Below the pieces are notes generated by a model, which did no database searches, was not told where the DNA came from, and was given only the letters and a program-made list of their open reading frames with translations. A stretch of DNA of 57,118 bases. It comes from a virus. Both the position numbers and the translations under genes were made by a program. The stretch lies in the IMG/VR virus record IMGVR_UViG_2049941001_000001, positions 1 through 57,118 of that record, one strand, 5' to 3'. Each line of letters starts with the position of its first letter. The stretch's first letter is position 1. Shown piece by piece: positions 51,514 to 57,118 of the stretch.

Positions 51514-51884
51514 GAAAGCCGACGACCCACAAGATCATTACCTACGGCGTTCTTATCCTTTGTGTTGCCGCCGCCGTCTACGTGTTTTGGAAGTGGGGAA
51601 AGGGTACCGTTATGGACGCCCCGCAGATGCTAACCCCCATTGCCACAATCGCCGTCGTGGATATTGCGCAGTATGCCGGTAAGTCAGGATATGACCACAA
51701 ACACGGCATCTTCGATAATCCCATCACAACCGCCGCAATTTCTGGCATGAGCATGGGGGATGTGGGTTCGGCAATAACGCAGGTGGCGCAGGCCGTCCAC
51801 GATCAGCGCGAGGCGGAGGCACAGGAAGCCCCGCCCGTCGCTCCGGTAGATGGGCAAGGACAAAACAGTAATATGGCCGGTTAA
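51510..51884 (+). CDS. Membrane-anchored lysis-module protein
   Basis: One N-terminal TM segment; ATGA coupling to the lysin. Confidence 0.5.
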   Translation: MRKPTTHKIITYGVLILCVAAAVYVFWKWGKGTVMDAPQMLTPIATIAVVDIAQYAGKSGYDHKHGIFDNPITTAAISGMSMGDVGSAITQVAQAVHDQREAEAQEAPPVAPVDGQGQNSNMAG

Positions 51885-51903
51885 TCCGGCAGAGAGGGTA
51901 CAT

Positions 51904-52368
51904 ATGGGCATTGAAACAGTTCTCAACGAAATTCTAAAGGCCGTTCTCGCGGCGGCGATCCCGATTCTGGCAGGGTATCTCGTTACATTCATCCAGAACA
52001 AGAGCAAGCAGGCCGCAGCGGGAACCAACTCCGTTATCGTAAAAGACCTGATTTCAGGCGCGGAAAAGATCGTTACCGACGCCGTGACCGCGACCAATCA
52101 GACCTTCGTTGACAGCCTCAAGGAATCCGGCAAGTTTGACGAAGCGGCGGCAAAGGCGGCATTTGAGAAGTCAAAAGATGCCATTCTGAAAATCCTGCCG
52201 CAGACCACAAAGGACGCTCTTACCGTGCTTTACGGTGATGTTGACACATGGCTGACCGCTAAGATCGAATCTACCGTTAAGGCACAAAAGTCTGAAATTA
52301 AGTTTGAGGACGTTACTGGCGAGATTTTGAGCACGGCGAGTAACGATACCGCCAATGCTACGAAATAG
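51904..52368 (+). CDS. Holin (LL-H-like)
   Basis: N-terminal TM segment and long amphipathic tail; position. Confidence 0.55.
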   Translation: MGIETVLNEILKAVLAAAIPILAGYLVTFIQNKSKQAAAGTNSVIVKDLISGAEKIVTDAVTATNQTFVDSLKESGKFDEAAAKAAFEKSKDAILKILPQTTKDALTVLYGDVDTWLTAKIESTVKAQKSEIKFEDVTGEILSTASNDTANATK

Positions 52369-52460
52369 CCGCCACAAAAGCCACAAACGCTGGAATTGGC
52401 ATTTGCGCGGAGGTTATCTTATCATGAAATAAACCGAACGAATAAAGGCGGCGTTGCATT

Positions 52461-52799
52461 ATGGAAGTTATGGAAGAAAAACACGTTACAGAAGATGTGT
52501 GCGCAGAGCGTCAAAAGAACGCCGCTGAACGATTTGCCAGAGACAAGGAAAGGCTTGACAAGGTAGAGGACCGGCAGGATAAGCAAGAGGAACGGACGCA
52601 GAAGATCGAAACCCTGACCGTCCAGACGGCGGAGATTTTGAAACGCCACGATGCGGCCCTTGAAAACCACGACAAGCGGATCGGGGCGCTGGAAGGGAAA
52701 CCCGGGAAGCTGTGGGACACGCTGATAACAGAGGTCATTAAGCTGTTGGCCTCTGGCGCCGTAGGAGCGGTGATTGCCTACCTTACAATTAAGCCTTAA
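52461..52799 (+). CDS. xhlA: XhlA-family haemolysin-like lysis protein
   Basis: Coiled coil with RLDKVEDRQDK...H..R...LE and a C-terminal TM segment. Confidence 0.6.
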   Translation: MEVMEEKHVTEDVCAERQKNAAERFARDKERLDKVEDRQDKQEERTQKIETLTVQTAEILKRHDAALENHDKRIGALEGKPGKLWDTLITEVIKLLASGAVGAVIAYLTIKP

Positions 52800-52863
52800 A
52801 TGTGCAAGAGTGGACAATGAGTGGACATAGGCCATCAAAAAACCGCATGAATCCAAAGAAAAT

Positions 52864-52925
52864 TGGTATATAGCACTTGACTTTTAATCAAGGTGTCCGG
52901 GGTTCGAATCCCCGATGGTTCACCA
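52864..52925 (+). other. tRNA-Lys(UUU) 3' portion (attP core); 5' acceptor strand absent
   Basis: CTTGA-CTTTTAA-TCAAG anticodon arm, CGGGG-TTCGAAT-CCCCG T arm, ATGGTTC-A-CCA; no matching 5' acceptor strand. Confidence 0.7.
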
Positions 52926-52934
52926 AAAAACGAA

Positions 52935-52977
52935 CCGCATGAATGCTGGAAATCCAGTGTTCATGCGGCTTTTCTTT
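52935..52977 (+). terminator. Intrinsic terminator after the tRNA fragment
   Basis: 9-bp stem CCGCATGAA/TTCATGCGG plus CTTTTCTTT. Confidence 0.75.
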
Positions 52978-53073
52978 GCCTTCAATATATTTAGCAAGAG
53001 CAAAATCATATTAACTATTGCTAAAATATCTACACAATAAATGAGAAATCAATGGACATTGAGTGGACAACAA

Positions 53074-54321
53074 TTATGCTTTTTTCTGCGCTGGCACGTC
53101 GGATTCTTTCGAAAGCGGAGCATTCATCTTCTGCCGAGCTTCTTCGATTGCACCAGAATGGAAATGCGTATATTTCATGGCCATTTCCGGGGTGGAATGT
53201 CCTAAGAGATATTGCAAGGTCTTAACGTCGATCCCGCTGGCAATACAATTGGTGGCGTATGTATGCCGGAGCTGATGCGAATTGAAATCGTGTTCCAAGA
53301 CGACTGGCTGAACAGGGCCTTTCTTTTTACGCTTTACTGAAATTCGCTTGCTGACAGTTATGCCGTTAATTGCATCAATTAGCGTGTCCCATAGCCGCCT
53401 AAATTCACCGGCAGTTATGATGCCTTTTCTGCCTGGAAATACATAAATTGAACTTATAGAACCGTCCCGCTCATTCTGCTTTTTCCATGCCTCTAGCTCT
53501 TTTGCATATTTGTCAGGAATGGGAAGCGTTCTGTATCCGGATTGTGATTTTGGCTCTTTTACGTCGTTTTTTGCATAGGAAAATGCTTCTTCGACGGTTA
53601 CAATTTTCTTTTTCAGATCGACGTTTTTCCATCTTAGTGCCGCCGCTTCCTCTTTGCGTAGGCCGCAATTTAACTGCATCAGCGCAAACATGCGGATCAT
53701 TGGCAGCCTTTTTGCCCTTGCTTCATCCATCTTGTTTTCGGCATGGAGCGGGACAACGTTCCAGATCAATTCTTCCTCGTCCTTAGAAATAGCCTCACGT
53801 ACATTAACACGGTCCTCTTTATTAGGCCGAATATCCTCCGCAAGATTGAACATGAGAGCGTGATTTTTGCGGGCAAGCTGACTGATCTGTCGCGCCGTTG
53901 AGATAACGGATTTGACCGTGCGCTTGGAATACTTCTTGCCCTTCTCATTTTCGCCGGTTTCCATTTGAGTGACGATGACAGACAAGTCCAGCGAAGTTAG
54001 CTGGCTGATCTTTTTCGGATACAGACACTTCAAATGGGTTAAGGCCGCATCATACATATCTTTAGTGGCCCTTTCCATTGGCGGATAAGCAAGGCTTTTC
54101 CATGTCTTGGCCCAATATCCGAATGTACTTTTATCATCAGTCACGACGATGCCCATGCCCTTATCTACACGGAGCCTAGCAATCTTGTTCTCCAATTCTG
54201 GTGTACTTTTGGCATAAACTGCTTTTACGATTGGTTTTCCGGTTTTGGGGTCATGTCCCAAAGTAATGCGCTTGCGATACATTCCGCTGGAATGTGTCGT
54301 TTTCTTTTTTCTGCCCGCCAT
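53074..54321 (-). CDS. int: Tyrosine integrase
   Basis: HQLRHTYAT ... LLGHST..MAMKYTH catalytic region; next to attP. Confidence 0.9.
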   Translation of the reverse strand: MAGRKKKTTHSSGMYRKRITLGHDPKTGKPIVKAVYAKSTPELENKIARLRVDKGMGIVVTDDKSTFGYWAKTWKSLAYPPMERATKDMYDAALTHLKCLYPKKISQLTSLDLSVIVTQMETGENEKGKKYSKRTVKSVISTARQISQLARKNHALMFNLAEDIRPNKEDRVNVREAISKDEEELIWNVVPLHAENKMDEARAKRLPMIRMFALMQLNCGLRKEEAAALRWKNVDLKKKIVTVEEAFSYAKNDVKEPKSQSGYRTLPIPDKYAKELEAWKKQNERDGSISSIYVFPGRKGIITAGEFRRLWDTLIDAINGITVSKRISVKRKKKGPVQPVVLEHDFNSHQLRHTYATNCIASGIDVKTLQYLLGHSTPEMAMKYTHFHSGAIEEARQKMNAPLSKESDVPAQKKA

Positions 54322-54327
54322 AACACA

Positions 54328-54588
54328 TTACCCCCGTTTCAGATAGCCTTCCGCCTCTGTTGCATATAGCTCGTCTATGTTTAATGAGCAAATGTCGTCG
54401 TAAAAGTGGTCATGCCGAATGTGATAAAGTTCATGCCTTAACGCCGCCTTTTGTCCATATATACTCAATATTGGATTGATGTAGATATTATAATCGCCAT
54501 TATCGTCTAACACAGTTACTGCCGGTATAGTATAAGGCATTTGCTGATATCGCACAAAAACGTCGTCCATGCGGTTCCCTTCATTCAT
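54328..54588 (-). CDS. ImmA/IrrE-family metallopeptidase
   Basis: HELYHIRHDH (HExxH); overlaps the repressor gene. Confidence 0.7.
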   Translation of the reverse strand: MNEGNRMDDVFVRYQQMPYTIPAVTVLDDNGDYNIYINPILSIYGQKAALRHELYHIRHDHFYDDICSLNIDELYATEAEGYLKRG

Positions 54589-54961
54589 TTTCCTTTTTAC
54601 TTTGCTTTTTCAGCGTTTCGACAATTGCAACAGCCTGTTCAATGTCCTTTTTTGTGGCACCTTTTAGCGTTTTGAACATCATTCGCATTTCACTGCGATT
54701 TTTCAATTCAATAAGATATTCATTCATTTCAGCATCGACGGCGGGGGTATCTATTCCAAGCAGATAATCGGCTGAAATGTTGAAATGCTCTGCTATTTTT
54801 GTGATAGTGCTCTGGTTTGAAAAGGGATTTCTATATCCGCTGATCCATTGGCTAACCATCCCGGGTGTGACATTAATGGCTTCCGCAAATTGCACTTTGG
54901 TTTCCCCTTTGCGATTAATCAATTCTTCCAGCAACTGCCCGGAACGATTATTGCTTTTCAT
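54581..54961 (-). CDS. XRE/ImmR-type phage repressor
   Basis: ETKVQFAEAINVTPGMVSQWISG HTH; sits beside the switch region. Confidence 0.8.
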   Translation of the reverse strand: MKSNNRSGQLLEELINRKGETKVQFAEAINVTPGMVSQWISGYRNPFSNQSTITKIAEHFNISADYLLGIDTPAVDAEMNEYLIELKNRSEMRMMFKTLKGATKKDIEQAVAIVETLKKQSKKENE

Positions 54962-55056
54962 CGGAATCTCCGCCCTTCAATCATAATTAAGCAAAAGATA
55001 CAAAACAGACACGCACATTTGGTAAAAGTGCGAAATTTTACTGTTGCTAAATAAAT

Positions 55057-55088
55057 CTATTGACATTTTAGCGAGAGCGCCATACAAT
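55057..55088 (+). promoter_or_regulatory. Rightward early promoter with operator (left arm of the 21-bp IR)
   Basis: TTGACA(55060)-17 nt-TACAAT(55083); IR arm CTATTGACATTTTAGCGAGAG. Confidence 0.7.
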
Positions 55089-55182
55089 GGTACCAAAGAA
55101 AGCGAAAGACAGAACGGCGATCGCCCTGAAAATGTTGAACATTTAAGGGCCTTACAAACTATTATCTTAACTAACAAAATAC

Positions 55183-55214
55183 ATAATAGTTTACTCTCGC
55201 TAAAATGTCAATAG
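55183..55214 (-). promoter_or_regulatory. Leftward promoter toward the repressor gene (right arm of the 21-bp IR)
   Basis: Minus strand TTGACA(55211)-17 nt-TATTAT(55188); exact reverse complement of 55057-55077. Confidence 0.7.
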
Positions 55215-55286
55215 CTTTTGCTAAAATATTACAAAATATTTGAAATAAGGCAAGGTGATGTGGACGCGGGATTATTATGCCCATAG

Positions 55287-55329
55287 ATTTAGCGAAAGCA
55301 AAGATGCAGAAAAAATATTTAGCGAAAGC
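55287..55329. promoter_or_regulatory. Two direct ATTTAGCGAAAGC repeats (operator-like)
   Basis: Copies at 55287 and 55317; they share TTAGCGA(A/G)AGC with both IR arms; a related TTTAGCAAGAGC lies at 52990. Confidence 0.5.
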
Positions 55330-55379
55330 GAAAGGACGTTCAAAGGGCAATCCAAAATTTTGTGAATGGAGTTGTCTGT

Positions 55380-55571
55380 ATGAACATCGAAGCAATTCTG
55401 CATTATCCAATTGGCGATTTCCAGCGTGAATCCAACCTACTCGAACAGATCAAGGACCTAATTACCGACGAAGCGGACCACTTGCTGTGTTGCGAGAGCG
55501 AGGACTGGGCGGTTCTCGCAGTCCTCATGAACAGTTATCGGTTGCTGAAAGAGGGCGTGGCTCATGAATAG
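55380..55571 (+). CDS. Hypothetical early protein
   Basis: First sizeable ORF downstream of the rightward promoter. Confidence 0.5.
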   Translation: MNIEAILHYPIGDFQRESNLLEQIKDLITDEADHLLCCESEDWAVLAVLMNSYRLLKEGVAHE

Positions 55572-55704
55572 CTTGATGCTGGCAGTTGTACTGCTCGGAT
55601 TCGGCCCTGCGGTGGTCTATGAGCTTTCCCACAAAAGGGACGGCAGATGGGCGTTTCTGATCGGGGCGGCAGGGGCGGTGATTGCATGGCTGATAATGCT
55701 GTAA
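55564..55704 (+). CDS. Small membrane protein (46 aa)
   Basis: Two hydrophobic segments; overlaps its neighbours. Confidence 0.4.
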   Translation: MNSLMLAVVLLGFGPAVVYELSHKRDGRWAFLIGAAGAVIAWLIML

Positions 55705-55913
55705 TCCAGTTCCCGGTTCCAAAGATCGAGCGGTACAGCATCAATTACAATCCGGTGACGCACGAGGTCGAGATTCCGCTTGTGCCCGACGAACCGCTTG
55801 ATGCCTGCATCATCTTGGGCGTGTTCATGGATCAACTACTGGAAGAAGGAACGCTGGACATGACCGACTTGGAAACAACGTTTGAGGGCGTGAAACTGGC
55901 TCAACAAACATGA
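55686..55913 (+). CDS. Hypothetical protein
   Basis: ORF track, internal ATG. Confidence 0.5.
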   Translation: MADNAVIQFPVPKIERYSINYNPVTHEVEIPLVPDEPLDACIILGVFMDQLLEEGTLDMTDLETTFEGVKLAQQT

Positions 55914-55924
55914 AAGGAGATTTT

Positions 55925-56749
55925 ATGGACAGTCAATTAGAAGTATTTAGAAATCAGGAGTTCGGGGAACTCCGCACTATCGTAATGGAAGGTGAGCCGT
56001 GGTTTGTGGCATCTGATGTATGCAGCGCCATGGAAATCGGGAATCCTTCGCAGGCGCTGGCACGACTGGATGCCGACGAGAGATTTACCACTCTCATTTC
56101 AAATGAGGGTGCCGCATCTGGAAAATCTCAGATGGCCTTTGTTTCCGAATCCGGTCTTTACTCTCTCGTCCTCGGTAGCCGCAAGCCGCAGGCACGCGCT
56201 TTCAAACGTTGGGTGACGCACGACGTTATCCCTTCCATCCGCAAGCACGGTCTCTATGCCACTCCCGAAACCGCCGAAAAGATTTTGGGCGATCCAGATT
56301 TTCTGATTCAGGCTCTTACCGAGTTGAAGCAGGAGCGGAAAAGGCGTATTGCCGCCGAGACTGAAAGCGTTCAGCAGAAGCAGATCATCGCGGAGCTTCA
56401 ACCCAAAGCCTCCTACTACGACAAGGTTCTCAGTTCTCCCGATCCGATTCCGACAAGCCTTATTGCAAAGGACTACGGGAAAAGCGCGACGTGGCTGAAC
56501 AGGACGCTTAATGCGTTCGGCGTTCAGTACAAGGTGGATGGCACATGGGTTCTCTATCAGAAGTATGCCGAACAGGGATACACCAAATCTAGCACTTATC
56601 CTTACGTTGACAAACTTGGCATGACGCACACCAGCATGTTCACCTATTGGAATCAGAAAGGCCGTCTCTTTATCTATGAACTTCTGAAAGAGCACGGAAT
56701 CCTTCCGCTGATGGAGCAGGACAAGGACGGTAAGCACCATGACGTTTGA
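55925..56749 (+). CDS. Antirepressor (Bro-N plus KilAC-like C-terminus), copy 2
   Basis: EVFRNQEFGELRTI..EGEPWFVASDVC; central 116 bp identical to copy 1. Confidence 0.8.
   Translation: MDSQLEVFRNQEFGELRTIVMEGEPWFVASDVCSAMEIGNPSQALARLDADERFTTLISNEGAASGKSQMAFVSESGLYSLVLGSRKPQARAFKRWVTHDVIPSIRKHGLYATPETAEKILGDPDFLIQALTELKQERKRRIAAETESVQQKQIIAELQPKASYYDKVLSSPDPIPTSLIAKDYGKSATWLNRTLNAFGVQYKVDGTWVLYQKYAEQGYTKSSTYPYVDKLGMTHTSMFTYWNQKGRLFIYELLKEHGILPLMEQDKDGKHHDV
56180..56295. repeat. 116-bp perfect direct repeat, copy 2
   Basis: Identical to 43041-43156. Confidence 0.9.
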
Positions 56750-56990
56750 AGAACGGGCACAGGTTAGAGAGCGGGCGGCGGACCTTGAAAAGAAGTTCGG
56801 AAAAGGTTCTGTGAACGCCAGCGAGTTTGCGGAGTATTTAGGTCTGACCTATCAGACGGTTTGCAACAAGCTCCGCGCTCACAGGCTTCCGGGACAGAAG
56901 GACGGCGGTTCGTTTTTAATTCCAGTTTATTCAATCGCGTTGTGGGAGGCACGGACTTCACATACGGCAGATGAAAAGGAGGGCTTTTGA
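56739..56990 (+). CDS. Excisionase-family/MerR-like HTH protein (possible Xis)
   Basis: ASEFAEYLGLTYQTVCNKLRAHRLPG...FLIPVYSI pattern. Confidence 0.5.
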   Translation: MTFEERAQVRERAADLEKKFGKGSVNASEFAEYLGLTYQTVCNKLRAHRLPGQKDGGSFLIPVYSIALWEARTSHTADEKEGF

Positions 56991-56991
56991 A

Positions 56992-57118
56992 ATGCCTGAA
57001 ATCACAGTTTACGACCGAAAGGGGAATCCGGTTGTATTGGAGGCTGTTGGAAAGGGCCTCTACGAAAAGCTTTCCCGTGACGAGGACGGGGGGGTCGTGC
57101 ATACCGGAAACCTCGTCA
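56992..57118 (+). CDS. 5' part of junction-spanning hypothetical protein (continues at 43, stop 132-134)
   Basis: ATG 56992; the frame is continuous across the circular join. Confidence 0.6.
   Translation, partial: MPEITVYDRKGNPVVLEAVGKGLYEKLSRDEDGGVVHTGNLV
57077..57118. repeat. Terminal overlap copy 2 (identical to 1-42)
   Basis: Exact 42-nt match to the window start. Confidence 0.95.

Larger units (their letters stand above)
52805..53075. other. attP region
   Basis: tRNA-Lys 3' fragment flanked by paired TGGACA repeats 11 bp apart (52811/52822 and 53053/53064); adjacent to the integrase. Confidence 0.65.
1..57118. mobile_element. Complete circular temperate tailed-phage (siphovirus-like) genome
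   Basis: Identical 42-bp ends; lysogeny, replication, packaging, head, tail and lysis modules all present; attP next to integrase. Confidence 0.85.

Noticed and set aside
55057-55214. Invertible promoter (inverton) flanked by the 21-bp inverted repeat, possibly flipped by the serine recombinase
   Set aside because: Both arms carry a -35 with a good -10 just inside. Inverting the 116-bp segment would regenerate equivalent promoters on both sides and would switch nothing. The recombinase lies 32 kb away. The repeat is better explained as symmetric operators and promoters.
55258-55365. 35-aa ORF covering the two ATTTAGCGAAAGC repeats (encoding the repeated FSES peptide)
   Set aside because: The repeats share their core with the operator arms of the switch, so DNA-level function explains them. 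The ORF has only a marginal RBS. Coding potential remains unresolved.
43041-56295. Chimeric assembly of two separate circular elements joined at the 116-bp repeat
   Set aside because: Splitting at the repeats would give a 13-kb circle and a 44-kb circle, neither with a complete gene set. The large one would lack distal tail, lysis and integration genes. The small one would lack packaging and head genes. A single genome is more parsimonious, but long-read confirmation is advisable.
1-57118. Alternative genetic code (stop-codon reassignment) suggested by the unusual phage tRNAs
   Set aside because: Genes are cleanly delimited by TAA, TAG and TGA, with frequent ATGA/GTGA start-stop coupling. 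None of the tRNAs has a CUA, UCA or UUA anticodon.

Overview
The window is a complete, circularly closed temperate tailed-phage genome of about 57.08 kb: bases 1-42 equal 57077-57118, and one ORF reads through that junction. Signals are Firmicutes/Clostridia-type: AGGAGG ribosome sites, near-consensus sigma-A promoters, ImmR/ImmA switch, GH25 lysin, LL-H holin, XhlA. Module order on the + strand:
- Lysogeny, 52.8-55.3 kb: attP carrying a tRNA-Lys 3' fragment, tyrosine integrase, ImmA protease, XRE repressor.
- Early, recombination and replication-accessory genes, 55.3 kb through the junction to about 20.7 kb: antirepressor, exonuclease plus annealing protein, radical SAM, RecU, SSB, sliding clamp, several DNA methyltransferases.
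- terS at 20.8 kb, then a 4.7-kb mostly reverse-strand cassette with a small serine recombinase and its own promoters.
- terL, portal, head genes (lambda D/E-like) and tail genes up to the tape measure, 26.9-40.3 kb.
- A 6.5-kb island at 40.4-46.9 kb: morons, Arc-like RHH plus a second antirepressor, HNH, replication organizer, DnaB.
- Distal tail genes and lysis genes.

No single clearly novel system can be proven from sequence alone. The best candidates for follow-up are:
1. A promoter-to-terminator tRNA operon with non-canonical tRNAs, followed by a 430-nt ORF-free structured region and a hybrid-binding-domain plus PD-(D/E)XK gene pair.
2. A family of six related intrinsic terminators sharing a tandem AGAGCGCC motif at module boundaries.
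3. The recombinase-bearing cassette of unknown genes splitting terS from terL.
4. A type-I-toxin-like 27-aa peptide whose SD is sequestered in a 12-bp leader duplex.
5. A face-to-face promoter switch built on a perfect 21-bp inverted repeat.

All functional calls rest on motif recognition by eye. No database search was run.
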